Shown: piece after piece, positions 29,043 to 39,251 of the stretch | How the letters are laid out: every line of letters starts with the position of its first letter | Numbering within the stretch: the first letter of the stretch is position 1 | Source of the DNA: a phage | Strand: one strand, 5' to 3' | Sequence record: PZ445534.1 | DNA: 64,000 nucleotides | Made by a program: the position numbers and the translations under genes | Notes under the pieces: generated by a model | Told to the model about the DNA's origin: nothing | The model's database searches: none | What the model saw: the letters and a program-made list of their open reading frames with translations, nothing else

Positions 29043-29363
29043 ATGAGCAAAGTTTATAACACTCGCAAATTACAGATTTTCGTACTGTGCCAGTTTATGG
29101 CTAAAGAATACAACTTCTACTATTGCGGCACAGGTTTTATTAGCGACGATGATGGTTCATACCTACCATTCAAAGAAGCTGTAAAACTCTTTAATGAAGA
29201 GAAAAGCTCTAAGAAAGATATTGAAAAGGTTAAGCTAACTTACAGTAAGAAAGATAAGAAGATTATCTGCCTAGATAACTTTGTAAAAGTTACTGGAGAA
29301 GCAAAAGAGTTTATGGATGAGAGTGAGATTTCATTCACAAGCATCTTGAAAGTAGCTCAGTAA
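29043..29363 (+). CDS. hypothetical protein
   Basis: 106-aa ORF. Confidence 0.35.
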   Translation: MSKVYNTRKLQIFVLCQFMAKEYNFYYCGTGFISDDDGSYLPFKEAVKLFNEEKSSKKDIEKVKLTYSKKDKKIICLDNFVKVTGEAKEFMDESEISFTSILKVAQ

Positions 29364-29376
29364 ACAGATACTATAA

Positions 29377-29405
29377 GGGAACTGTAAAGGTTCCCTTTTT
29401 ATTTT
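29377..29405 (+). terminator. rho-independent terminator
   Basis: GGGAAC/GTTCCC stem plus TTTTTATTTT. Confidence 0.65.
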
Positions 29406-29527
29406 GGAGATGATATGTATCTGTCAAACCTAAAACGTTCTGCTGCAATGTCAGTGTTAAGACTTAGCTTTGAGGAACGTCAAGAGTTCATTGACTCCAC
29501 CAATACGACCCCTCAAACTCCAATCAC

Positions 29528-29800
29528 ATGATTCTCTGGAATCGTGAAAGTACTCGTGAAAGAGTACTATTCCGTTATTACCCACACTACACTATAGATA
29601 ACCTGTATGAATGTTTTGTTGTGAAGAACACCATTGCAGTGCTCAATAAGCTTTGTAGATACACAGGTAGTCAATCCTTCACATTAGGCCACCACAAACC
29701 TGTTACAAAAGGTGGTGAACATCACTGTGCAAACTGGTTTATTCAGACTAAAGCTGATAACCAGAAGCAAGGAGATAACCTTTTAAGTGCCCTAAGATGA
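29528..29800 (+). CDS. putative small HNH endonuclease
   Basis: LGHHKPVTKGGEHHCANW...QTKADNQKQ resembles HNH His/Asn core. Confidence 0.35.
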   Translation: MILWNRESTRERVLFRYYPHYTIDNLYECFVVKNTIAVLNKLCRYTGSQSFTLGHHKPVTKGGEHHCANWFIQTKADNQKQGDNLLSALR

Positions 29801-29920
29801 CCTATGAAGAGCAAGAGAGATATATCAAAAATAATATGCCAGATGTGCTTGACAACAACTATACAGATTTGGCAATATCTCTCCTGTTGAAGTTCGAGAC
29901 AGTTTATAGGGCAACTTATA

Positions 29921-30199
29921 ATGGCTAAAGAAAAGTGGGAGATTTTACCATTAGTCAGTGAAGGAGGTAATGGTTGTGAAATGTACATGATACGTGGTCA
30001 TGTTCCAGAGCCAATTGCACTTGAGATGGTAAACAACTTTACAGATGGTTCTTACAAAGACTTAGGCGAACCAACTGTCAAGCAACAATGGGTTAAACCT
30101 GTACCAGACAGCACAGGTAACTGTAGTGTACTTTATCACGTTGTAGACCCTGCAAAATGCAAATCTGCAATGGCAGTAACAAACGTAACTTTTGATTGA
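29921..30199 (+). CDS. hypothetical protein
   Basis: 92-aa ORF. Confidence 0.3.
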   Translation: MAKEKWEILPLVSEGGNGCEMYMIRGHVPEPIALEMVNNFTDGSYKDLGEPTVKQQWVKPVPDSTGNCSVLYHVVDPAKCKSAMAVTNVTFD

Positions 30200-31092
30200 G
30201 AGAGAAAACTATGAAAACTGTTATTGAAGCCGTCATCACCGCTCAAGAGAAATTCTTCCACACAGAAAAATTTAATATCATTCAATTCCCATCTGGAGAA
30301 ATTGGTGGAAACTTCTCTGAAGATTTTGTTAAGTTTACTGAGCGTAATGCCGGTAAGATTGATAATGTTATAATTACTGTACAGGGATATGACAAAGATA
30401 CACTGTTTGCATTAGCTTTGGCTAAGGATGCCGTTGACAGTCTTGTTCCCCAGAAATCAGCGATGAAAACCGTTGTTTTCGGGTTCTTACCAAATGCTCG
30501 ATATGACCGCCACATGTTCAAAGGTGATGCAGCAGCACTGAAAGTCTTTGCCAACCTAGTTAATGCAATGGGTTTTGATGCAGTATGTGCTCTTGACCCT
30601 CATAGTAATGTTGCAGAAAACTTATTTAAGTGCTTTCAAAGCATGAAGCAAAAAGATGTGGCAGTACACTTTGCAAGTGACCCACGCATTGATTTCTTGG
30701 TAGCCCCAGATGCAGGTGCAGCTAAGAAGACTGAAGATACCGCTAAAGAGGTGGATAAACCGTATATCACAATGTCTAAGGTGCGCAATCTTAAGACTGG
30801 AGAAATCACTGGTATGCGAATCCTAGACGATGTTGATTTGACCGATAAAACTGTCATGATTCTTGATGATATCTGTGATGGTGGTCGAACCTTCGTAGAG
30901 GCAGCTAAACACCTACGTGAAGCAGGTGCAAAACGTGTGGAACTCTATGTAACTCATGGTATTTTCTCTAAAGGTGTTGAAAACTTACTTGACAACGGTA
31001 TTGACCATATCTACACTACAAACACCTTAGGTGAAGCTAAAGACCGTGGCTTAACACATTACGCCCAAGTTACTGTAGCAACCATTGATTGA
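30196..31092 (+). CDS. ribose-phosphate pyrophosphokinase (Prs)-family protein; candidate ADP-ribose pyrophosphate synthetase (Adps-like)
   Basis: PRTase-type motif VMILDDICDGGRT and NARYDR (cf. Prs GYARQDR); adjacent to NAMPT-like gene. Confidence 0.7.
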   Translation: MREKTMKTVIEAVITAQEKFFHTEKFNIIQFPSGEIGGNFSEDFVKFTERNAGKIDNVIITVQGYDKDTLFALALAKDAVDSLVPQKSAMKTVVFGFLPNARYDRHMFKGDAAALKVFANLVNAMGFDAVCALDPHSNVAENLFKCFQSMKQKDVAVHFASDPRIDFLVAPDAGAAKKTEDTAKEVDKPYITMSKVRNLKTGEITGMRILDDVDLTDKTVMILDDICDGGRTFVEAAKHLREAGAKRVELYVTHGIFSKGVENLLDNGIDHIYTTNTLGEAKDRGLTHYAQVTVATID

Positions 31093-31141
31093 AACTTTAT
31101 ATGGGCTTGAAAGCCCCACTTTGAGAGAGAGAGATTAAAAG

Positions 31142-32923
31142 ATGACTAAATCACTTTACGCAGTACCAGCAGGTCTTAATGCAGATGCTTACAAGGCATC
31201 ACATATATATCAGTATCCAGATGCTACGCAATATCTTATGTTGAACCTGACACCACGTAGTGATAAATGGTTTAACAGCCCTTTGGCAATTGACGGTGTA
31301 GTGGCTTTTGGTATTCAACGTTTCGTTAAAGATTACTTGATAGACCACTGGAACGCCACTTTCTTTGAACGTGATAAAAAAGAAGCCATTGATGAAATCT
31401 TAGAAGTCATGAATGGTGTTCTGGGTAAAGATGCTATCGGTCGAGAGCACTGGGAAGCACTTCACGACTTAGGTTATCTACCAGTTGAAGTATACGCTGT
31501 AGAAGAAGGTACAGTTGTCCCTATGCGCGTCCCAATGATTGTCTTCCAGAACACTGTTTCAGGCTTCCATTGGGTAGCGGGGTATCTGGAAGATGCTTTC
31601 TCTGCTGAGATTTGGAAGGCTTGTACCATTGCAACTATTGCATTGCACTACAAACGTATCTGTAAGAAGTGGGCTGACCTTACTTGTGACAACGACTTGC
31701 ATTTGCCTTATCAGTGCCATGACTTTGCTATGCGTGGTATGTCCGGCTTTACTGATGACGCATTTAACGCTGTAGGCCACTTAACCAGCTTTAAAGGAAC
31801 TGATAGCTTCCCTGCTGTGTATACGGCTAAACGAATCTATGGACAGTCCTACCCAATCTCTGATATTGGTAGCTCTGTACCAGCCACTGAGCACTCTGTA
31901 ATGTGTGCAAACATTGCTTGGGAAGGTGGTAATGAGTTGATTGAAGAAGAAAGACGCTTTAAAGGTGAGTTACAAACCTTCCGTCGTTTCTTAACAGAAA
32001 CTTACCCAACTGGTATTGCAAGTGTTGTTTCAGACACTTATAACTTCTGGAGAACTGTGTCAGAAATTTTACCAGCACTTCGTAAAGAAATTATGGAACG
32101 TGATGGCAAACTGGTAATTCGTCCTGACTCTGGAGACCCTGTACATATTGTCACAGGTTATAAAGCAATCCACTTAGAATGTGCTAAAAAGGCTTATTAC
32201 GAGCACCTAAGCAAGCTGGAAGCCAGTGACACAATGTTGAATGCTGTTCTGAACATGAAGCTTGAAAATATCAACTATGGTATTGCTGGATGGCTACTGT
32301 CAGAAGGCTACGAAATGGTTGTTGACAGAGAAGACTTTGAAGTTGCTGATACAGTGATGTTGAAAAATGCTTATATGGTTGGTTCTGCAAACGTTGTAAC
32401 ACGTCCTGTAGCTGAGATTGATGGAGCTATTAAGACACTGTACAACATCTTCGGAGGGACTATTAACTCTAAAGGGTTTAAGGTACTGGATGAGCACATC
32501 GGCCTTATCTATGGTGACTCTATCACGCTGGAACGTGCAAACGAAATCCTGAAGCGTCTGTATGAAATGGGTTTTGCAAGCTCTAACGTAGTGTTTGGTG
32601 TAGGCTCTTACACTTACCAGTACATGACTCGTGACACCTTTGCATTTGCTGTCAAAGCAACTCTTGCAAGCATTGGTGGTAAAGAGATTATGCTTGCAAA
32701 AGACCCTAAAACAGATAGTGGTGTTAAGAAATCTGCCTTTGGTGGTGTAGCACCTATGTGGGATGGTGATAAGCTGAAAGCTGTAGATGGCTATGGATTC
32801 CAGAGTTTTGCAGATGTACTTGACCACCAAGCTTGTGCTTTACGTTTAGTCTTTAGCGACTCTGAGCAGTTCGGTTATACAACTCTTGGAGATATTCGAA
32901 ATAATATTGACAAGCAGCTTTAA
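31142..32923 (+). CDS. nicotinamide phosphoribosyltransferase-family protein (NAMPT/NadV-like; candidate Namat)
   Basis: 593-aa ORF with NadV-like N-terminus ...NADAYKASHIYQYP... Confidence 0.75.
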   Translation: MTKSLYAVPAGLNADAYKASHIYQYPDATQYLMLNLTPRSDKWFNSPLAIDGVVAFGIQRFVKDYLIDHWNATFFERDKKEAIDEILEVMNGVLGKDAIGREHWEALHDLGYLPVEVYAVEEGTVVPMRVPMIVFQNTVSGFHWVAGYLEDAFSAEIWKACTIATIALHYKRICKKWADLTCDNDLHLPYQCHDFAMRGMSGFTDDAFNAVGHLTSFKGTDSFPAVYTAKRIYGQSYPISDIGSSVPATEHSVMCANIAWEGGNELIEEERRFKGELQTFRRFLTETYPTGIASVVSDTYNFWRTVSEILPALRKEIMERDGKLVIRPDSGDPVHIVTGYKAIHLECAKKAYYEHLSKLEASDTMLNAVLNMKLENINYGIAGWLLSEGYEMVVDREDFEVADTVMLKNAYMVGSANVVTRPVAEIDGAIKTLYNIFGGTINSKGFKVLDEHIGLIYGDSITLERANEILKRLYEMGFASSNVVFGVGSYTYQYMTRDTFAFAVKATLASIGGKEIMLAKDPKTDSGVKKSAFGGVAPMWDGDKLKAVDGYGFQSFADVLDHQACALRLVFSDSEQFGYTTLGDIRNNIDKQL

Positions 32924-32937
32924 AAGTATATGATAAG

Positions 32938-32959
32938 AGGCTCCTACGGGAGCCTTTTT
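32938..32959 (+). terminator. rho-independent terminator
   Basis: GGCTCC-TAC-GGGAGCC plus TTTTT. Confidence 0.65.
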
Positions 32960-32976
32960 AATTTCTGGAGAAGACT

Positions 32977-33312
32977 ATGAAAATCAAAGAAATGAACATC
33001 AACATTGTCTTAGAAGAACGTTGGGAGAACATCAAGAAGCCTGAAGATGGTAAAAAGTTCCTTAACAAAATTTTAGTAGCAGCTAAAGAAGAACTGACTG
33101 GCAAGATTGCAGCAGCAATCACAATAAAAATCTGTGTAAAAGGTCTTCCACAACATCACCAATTTGCACTTGACGAGTTTAAAGAAAGCTTCTACAATCC
33201 AAACAAACAGATGCTTGAAAGTAACTTTGCAGTGTCTACAAGTATCGTCCATGACAGAAGCTTTATCCTTTACAAGAATATGAGAGGTGAGTCATGCAAG
33301 CATATTGGATAG
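32977..33312 (+). CDS. hypothetical protein
   Basis: 111-aa ORF. Confidence 0.35.
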   Translation: MKIKEMNINIVLEERWENIKKPEDGKKFLNKILVAAKEELTGKIAAAITIKICVKGLPQHHQFALDEFKESFYNPNKQMLESNFAVSTSIVHDRSFILYKNMRGESCKHIG

Positions 33313-33498
33313 AAATTTTACTGTCACTTGGTAGTGTAGCAGTATTTGTTTACCTTCTTTGCAAGTACTATGCAGAGCACAAGAAGTGTGATTACTGCAA
33401 CGGGGAAGGGTACACAAGAGCAGGCTGTTGCCCTATGTGTGGTGGTTCTGGTAAAATGTTTAATAAGTAATTTAACAGTAAACTAAGAGGAAAGTATT

Positions 33499-35865
33499 AT
33501 GCGCATGGTAAATGACCACGCAGAAGTGATTAAGAGTTCAACTTCTTTAGAGACGTCTCAAGCACAGATTACAATGACACCTGAGATGTTCAGCCTTTTG
33601 AGTTCTGGTGTATACACCTTTAAAGAAAGGGCAGTGATTCGCGAACTGTCATGTAACGCAGTAGATGCTCAGAAAGAAGCTGGAAAAGAGAACATCCCAT
33701 TCCATGTGCATTTACCTACTCGTTTTGAGCCTTACTTCGAAGTTCGTGATTTTGGAACTGGATTGACTCATGATAAAGTTATGAGTTTGTACCTAAACTA
33801 TGGAGCTTCTACGAAGAATGACTCTAATGACTACATTGGTGCAATGGGTATCGGCTCAAAGTCACCATTTGCAATTGCTCAGTCATTCACAGTATCTAGC
33901 TATGTTGACGGTGTTGTTAATAAATACTCTGTTTATCTTGAGAATGGTATCCCTCAAGTAACTAAGCTGACAACTAACCCAACAAAAGAACCTAATGGTT
34001 TGGCTGTACGTGTGGCAGTTGCTGACCACCGTATCTCAAAGTTCTTTGAAGAAGCTGGAAATGTGTACTCATACTTCACTGTAAAACCAGAAAGTAATAT
34101 TGAGTACGACGATGTATTAGCAGATATGAACGTCATTGCCCGTGAAGAAGGTGTTTATGATGCCATGATTCATAAGCAAAGCTGGCGTTCTAGTGGTAAC
34201 AGGACAGAGTTTAATGTGGTGATGGGTAATATTGCCTATCCAGTGAACATGGAAGCATTACTTGGTGATGATTTCTTCAAAGTCTTGCCAGAGTTTTTCC
34301 GTAGGAGCGTAGACCTTGTAAACATCTACATGCCTATTGGTTCAGTTGCTATAGCAGCTTCTCGTGAAGCATTGCAGATGAATGATACGACAAAAAATGT
34401 TATCATCGAGGCTACCAAAAAGATAACTGAAGCAATTACAAAGGATGTTATCAAGAAAGTTAATAGTCAACCTACACTTATGGATGCTGCACAGGCTTAT
34501 GCTGAGTTACGTTTGAACTCACGAGAGATGTTTAATGCTGTGTGTCCAAAGCTAGAGTGGGGAGGCGTTAAGCTTGATTCTCTGGAAGAAGAATTACTAA
34601 ACATTCGTCGTGGAATTATCTACGCAGAAGACGGCTCAGTCATTTATGAACGTGACGGCAAAGGTAATATTAAGGTTGATAGGAATGGGAACAATATCCC
34701 TAAAGTAGATTATCTTTATGACCCAGTTGCTTATGTCAAGTTCAACTCTTTAGAGAGTAAGATTCGTGCAACATCACTTTCCTACACTCAAGAGGCAAGT
34801 ATGTTCAATATCTTTGGCGCAATGCGTAAAAGCCAAATTGAACAGTTTTTGTTTGTTATAAATGACCGTCGAAATAAAAACGGTACTGAGAAGACTGTAG
34901 GACGCAACCAAATCTTGCGTGGTGCATGTCGAGACTATGCCAGTGAATCAAGTCTGTTTCACAGATACAATGGTATTGTCTTTGTATTCTCTACAGAGAA
35001 AGAGCTAGACGACTTAATCAATCTGCACAAACTTGATAAAAGCTTGTTAAAGATTGTGAAGATGTCTGATAAGGAACATCATTATCAGCGTAAAGAAGCT
35101 GTAAGAGGCGTTGTAAAACTTTGGAAAGCTGTTCCAGCAGAAGGTGTAGCTTCCTATAAAGAGGTTTCAGAGGACTTTGATACAATTGAAGAACCTCAGC
35201 TTTACATTAAGGCAGTCGGTGACACAGTTGATGGTGAATGTTTTTGCTCATCTCCAGAAGATGTAGCTAAGTCAGTTGCTAATGTTACAGGTAAGACAGT
35301 CTATGTTTTCCGAAAAGCAAATTGGAAAAAGATACCAGAAGACTGGATTGAAGTAGATGAGAAACTCTTGAACGACAGCTTAACTGATGTTCATTGGATT
35401 AATCATAACAGGTATATGACACGTATCTATATGAATGGTGTCCTCGACCTTACAAGCAGTTGGATTATTGCCAGAAACTTTACGTTCAATAACAGGAAGA
35501 TTTCTCGTGGCTATTGTTATTCACGGGATACAAACAAAACTATCTTCTTAGAAGGTAATGAAGATGCTGTAGAGGCAATGTTTGGTAAAATCCAATACGT
35601 TGCTGCGCCTTTTGCATACACTTACACTATTAGTGTGTTGCAAGATTTAAAAAGCTGTCTTGATAATGATACAAAGCTGTACAAGAAAATTAAGAAAGCT
35701 GGTGACCGTATGGTCATCAAGGTGACAAACTACCTTTCAAAAAGAAAACAAGAAAACTTCTTGCTTTCTCATTTAGATTGGAATAAAGTGTCACCCATCG
35801 AAGTGAGTAAGTTCTTAGGCTTTGATGTGAAGTGTGTTCCAGAAGGGACTACAATTTACGATTAA
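33499..35865 (+). CDS. GHKL-type ATPase domain protein (rIIA-like)
   Basis: Bergerat-fold motifs: N-box ELSCNAVDA, G1 box VRDFGTGL, G2 box GAMGIGSKS; 788 aa. Confidence 0.45.
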   Translation: MRMVNDHAEVIKSSTSLETSQAQITMTPEMFSLLSSGVYTFKERAVIRELSCNAVDAQKEAGKENIPFHVHLPTRFEPYFEVRDFGTGLTHDKVMSLYLNYGASTKNDSNDYIGAMGIGSKSPFAIAQSFTVSSYVDGVVNKYSVYLENGIPQVTKLTTNPTKEPNGLAVRVAVADHRISKFFEEAGNVYSYFTVKPESNIEYDDVLADMNVIAREEGVYDAMIHKQSWRSSGNRTEFNVVMGNIAYPVNMEALLGDDFFKVLPEFFRRSVDLVNIYMPIGSVAIAASREALQMNDTTKNVIIEATKKITEAITKDVIKKVNSQPTLMDAAQAYAELRLNSREMFNAVCPKLEWGGVKLDSLEEELLNIRRGIIYAEDGSVIYERDGKGNIKVDRNGNNIPKVDYLYDPVAYVKFNSLESKIRATSLSYTQEASMFNIFGAMRKSQIEQFLFVINDRRNKNGTEKTVGRNQILRGACRDYASESSLFHRYNGIVFVFSTEKELDDLINLHKLDKSLLKIVKMSDKEHHYQRKEAVRGVVKLWKAVPAEGVASYKEVSEDFDTIEEPQLYIKAVGDTVDGECFCSSPEDVAKSVANVTGKTVYVFRKANWKKIPEDWIEVDEKLLNDSLTDVHWINHNRYMTRIYMNGVLDLTSSWIIARNFTFNNRKISRGYCYSRDTNKTIFLEGNEDAVEAMFGKIQYVAAPFAYTYTISVLQDLKSCLDNDTKLYKKIKKAGDRMVIKVTNYLSKRKQENFLLSHLDWNKVSPIEVSKFLGFDVKCVPEGTTIYD

Positions 35866-35944
35866 AGTGTTTGACAAGGGGCTTCAAAGCCCCTTAGAAT
35901 AGCCTTACAAAATGATTTATTAACTAACAAGAGAGAGTAATAAG

Positions 35945-37054
35945 ATGACTACTAAAACTAAAGCACAGATTGACGCAGAAATTTACGAACTGGTTAAAGA
36001 AGGTAAGCTGACTAAAACAGCTATTGCACAGAAGTTCAATACTTCAACCCGTTCAGTTGGTCGTGCTGTAGAGCGTCATGAAGCAACCTTAAAAGGTAAG
36101 AAGAAGGTGACTTCTACACCAGCTAAGAAGACCCTAAAGCAAGTTGCTAAGTCAGTTAAAAAGAAAGCTGGCAAACCAGTTGAAAAGGCCGTTAAAGATG
36201 CTGTACAGAAAGCCCCAGTAAATAAACTGCATGAAGCTATGCAGAAAGATGACAAGATTGAGTACATGATTACTGGTGACTCTGTAATTATGACTTACGG
36301 TTCAGAATCTGAAATTGTTGAGTCTACTCATCCGAACTATCAAGAAATTGTAGTCCATGTTGTGAAAGGTGAGTTCAAGAAAGCATTTGAACTAATGAAC
36401 ATTCGTAAGTCTATCGAAAACTTCACTCAGGGTGCTATCACAATCAAAGGCGATAAGCTCTTCTACGGTGCTGTTGAGATGCGTTCTACTCTGGTTGACC
36501 GTATTCTTCACATGATGAAGACTGGAGATAAGGGTTTTGAACGCCTTGTGATGTTCTTCGAAAAACTGATGGAAAACCCATCTAAAGATTCTGTAGAACA
36601 ACTTTGGGGATTCGTATCTCACCTTGATGTTGAAATTGATGAAGAAGGCTACATCATTGGTTGGAAGAAAGTCTCTACTCATGAAGGCAAGCTGGTTGAC
36701 TCCCACACCTACAGAGTACCTAATGATTTGGGTAACATTGTAGAAATGCCACGTTGGATGGTTGATAATAACCGTAACGTGACTTGCTCTCAGGGTCTTC
36801 ACGTTGGTGCTTGGGATTATGTTCGTTGCTTCTCAGGTGATACAATCCTGAAGGTTCGTGTCCATCCACGAGATGTTGTATCTGTTCCAACTGATTACAA
36901 CGATATGAAGATGCGTTCGTCTCGTTATGAAGTTGCAGCAATCGTTGATAATCAACGTAAAGTGCTGAAAGAATGGGATGGCAAGACTGAAGCTTTGCAT
37001 GTCATCGTTGGCACTGCTGGTGAACTAATCTCCCAACGTAAACGTGAAATCTAA
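35945..37054 (+). CDS. hypothetical protein (possible rIIB-like partner)
   Basis: Immediately downstream of GHKL ATPase gene; call by context only. Confidence 0.25.
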   Translation: MTTKTKAQIDAEIYELVKEGKLTKTAIAQKFNTSTRSVGRAVERHEATLKGKKKVTSTPAKKTLKQVAKSVKKKAGKPVEKAVKDAVQKAPVNKLHEAMQKDDKIEYMITGDSVIMTYGSESEIVESTHPNYQEIVVHVVKGEFKKAFELMNIRKSIENFTQGAITIKGDKLFYGAVEMRSTLVDRILHMMKTGDKGFERLVMFFEKLMENPSKDSVEQLWGFVSHLDVEIDEEGYIIGWKKVSTHEGKLVDSHTYRVPNDLGNIVEMPRWMVDNNRNVTCSQGLHVGAWDYVRCFSGDTILKVRVHPRDVVSVPTDYNDMKMRSSRYEVAAIVDNQRKVLKEWDGKTEALHVIVGTAGELISQRKREI

Positions 37055-37071
37055 TAAGTAATTTCTTAAAA

Positions 37072-37093
37072 GGCTGCTTCGGCGGCCTTTTTT
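37072..37093 (+). terminator. rho-independent terminator
   Basis: GGCTGC-TTCG-GCGGCC plus TTTTTT. Confidence 0.65.
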
Positions 37094-37154
37094 ATTTGTA
37101 TTTTGTGCAGAGTGCTGTATAATTGTTGTCACGATAAACTAAACAGGAGAACCA

Positions 37155-37703
37155 ATGAAGAAATTGATTCTAGGTTTGTGCTTAATGTTTACAGCACACT
37201 TATCTTATGCAGTTGACTGCCCAGAGCTATCAATTAGCCAAAAAGTAAACATGTTAAAAGCTTACCAGTATGGTGAGAATAACATGGGTAAAGGTTGGGG
37301 TATCACTCTAGCTGCTATAGCCTTACAAGAGTCAGAGTTAGGTCTGAAGGTAGAGAATAAAAAGACACATGACTATGGTATTTTCCAGAATCACTTGAAG
37401 ACTGTTGTAAAGCGTAACAAAATCAGTCCTAATGTGGCTAAAAAGAAACTCTTAAAAGATTTTGATTATGCTGCGAAGGAAACGCACAAAGAACTTGAGT
37501 TTTGGACAAAGGTGCATGGTCAGCCAAAGTCAAAGAAGGCTTTACAAAAAGTTTTAGCATCTTATAATGCTGGGTATTCGTACAGAATCCCTAAAGCTAA
37601 GAAATATTCTCAAGATGTCTATAACAATATGAAAGTAATTGCTCAATGTGAATTTGCAACAAACATTTCTAAGGTAAACCATGAAAAAATTAAGAAAGTC
37701 TGA
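37155..37703 (+). CDS. secreted lytic transglycosylase-like protein
   Basis: Signal peptide MKKLILGLCLMFTAHLSYA; ALQESELG ... DYGIFQ resembles SLT domain ES / GLMQ motifs. Confidence 0.35.
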   Translation: MKKLILGLCLMFTAHLSYAVDCPELSISQKVNMLKAYQYGENNMGKGWGITLAAIALQESELGLKVENKKTHDYGIFQNHLKTVVKRNKISPNVAKKKLLKDFDYAAKETHKELEFWTKVHGQPKSKKALQKVLASYNAGYSYRIPKAKKYSQDVYNNMKVIAQCEFATNISKVNHEKIKKV

Positions 37704-38376
37704 TGAAGTACTGTGTCATGCTTATGACTTACATCCTCATGAGTTGGGTCTTGATTCCTGTGTATGGACTCCAGAACAGTGTAGAGACTTTGAAGACACC
37801 GCAAGAGAAGTTGTATGTTCACTTGAAGAGTTCCACACATCAGAACCAATTGTGAACGTTGTGGACAAAGAGACTGGGCAATCCATAGGTGTAAAACGTG
37901 ATAGCTTAGTCATAGTCAACAAAGACCTTGTAGAGAAAGGTAATCTTATCTTAGCAGATATTGATGGAGTTCTTACAAATTTTAATCACGAAGATTGTTC
38001 AACGGAATTGACTGATGGTTCATTTTCACAGTACACTAATCTTCTTGATTCTGTAAGAGCAAAACCAACGTATGTTTTCAATATCATTGATGCAATTGCT
38101 AATCATGCTGCCGTTGGACTCTTGACAGCGAGAGGCGAATCTCAGAGAATACCCACTGAGATGTTTTTAAGGCATAACACAGAGCATAACTACATGCTTT
38201 TTATGCGTGGTTTTGGTACTAACTCTATAAGTGCAGAAAGTTTGAAAGTGAGGATGATTCAGTCTTGCATTCTGCCTTACTTTAATATAGTATGTTTTAT
38301 AGAAGATACAGAGAAGAATGTGCAGAAGGTGAACAGAATCCTTCCACACATCAAAACCATGTTAGTTAAACATTGA
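37681..38376 (+). CDS. hypothetical protein
   Basis: 231-aa ORF. Confidence 0.35.
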   Translation: MKKLRKSDEVLCHAYDLHPHELGLDSCVWTPEQCRDFEDTAREVVCSLEEFHTSEPIVNVVDKETGQSIGVKRDSLVIVNKDLVEKGNLILADIDGVLTNFNHEDCSTELTDGSFSQYTNLLDSVRAKPTYVFNIIDAIANHAAVGLLTARGESQRIPTEMFLRHNTEHNYMLFMRGFGTNSISAESLKVRMIQSCILPYFNIVCFIEDTEKNVQKVNRILPHIKTMLVKH

Positions 38377-38386
38377 GAGAAAACTT

Positions 38387-38851
38387 ATGAACAATATCAT
38401 TACGGTAGCACTGGACGTTACGGCAAACAAATCTGAAGTAGTTCGTAACATTATCAAGAGCAACTTTGAGGGTAAAATCTTCCGTGCTGTCAATGTAAAA
38501 GCAGACGGCAACATCCGAGAGTATCGTGCTCTTTTGAATGTTAAGAAACACGTAAAAGGTTCTGGTTCAACGACAGCACACAAAGAAAACCTGATGACCA
38601 TCTATGATATGGGGATGGCTTCAGAATTAGGTGCTGAAGGTATCGTTAAAGAAGGTGCTCCGTATCGCTCTTTCAATCTGGAAACTGCTCTCATGCTTTC
38701 CTTTACAAGTGGTTCTAAAACAACTACTTATCTCTTTACTGATGCTGCAACGGTATCTGCTATCAAGGATAGCACTGTCAAAGCTGGGGTAGCTGCTGCT
38801 GCAAAAGCTTCTTCGATGGCTGCAAATGTCCTTGCTAAAGTCCTCGGTTAA
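38387..38851 (+). CDS. hypothetical protein
   Basis: 154-aa ORF followed by terminator. Confidence 0.4.
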   Translation: MNNIITVALDVTANKSEVVRNIIKSNFEGKIFRAVNVKADGNIREYRALLNVKKHVKGSGSTTAHKENLMTIYDMGMASELGAEGIVKEGAPYRSFNLETALMLSFTSGSKTTTYLFTDAATVSAIKDSTVKAGVAAAAKASSMAANVLAKVLG

Positions 38852-38862
38852 GGTTAAGATAC

Positions 38863-38885
38863 AGGCTCCTTCGGGAGCCTTTTTC
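38863..38885 (+). terminator. rho-independent terminator
   Basis: GGCTCC-TTC-GGGAGCC plus TTTTT. Confidence 0.65.
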
Positions 38886-38903
38886 ATTTCAGGAGATTGT
38901 TAA

Positions 38904-39251
38904 ATGACATTTAAAGAGTTCTGTCAAGCTACTTTCATAATTGTTTTCTTAGTTGGGGCAGGTGTCTGGGGAGGATACTCTTACAGAGACTACCAAGTTG
39001 CTGAAGCTGAGTTAAGCAATGAGAAACTAATAAGTGTTGCTAAAGATGCTTATCAGGAAGGTTTAGCCACACTCAGCACCAATTACAAAAATGATTTGAA
39101 AGATGTGCTTGCTAAGAATAAGCATACAAAAGAGGTACTAACATATGAAAAAACTAAGCCAGAGTTTTATAATGTTTGTGTTACTGATAATTATGTCAGG
39201 GTGTTCAACCAACAAAGTGAACAGTACATTCAAAAACTCCCAAGTAAGTGA
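38904..39251 (+). CDS. membrane-anchored periplasmic protein (i-spanin-like architecture)
   Basis: N-terminal TM FIIVFLVGAGVWGGY then helical region; 3' end overlapped by lipoprotein ORF. Confidence 0.3.
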   Translation: MTFKEFCQATFIIVFLVGAGVWGGYSYRDYQVAEAELSNEKLISVAKDAYQEGLATLSTNYKNDLKDVLAKNKHTKEVLTYEKTKPEFYNVCVTDNYVRVFNQQSEQYIQKLPSK

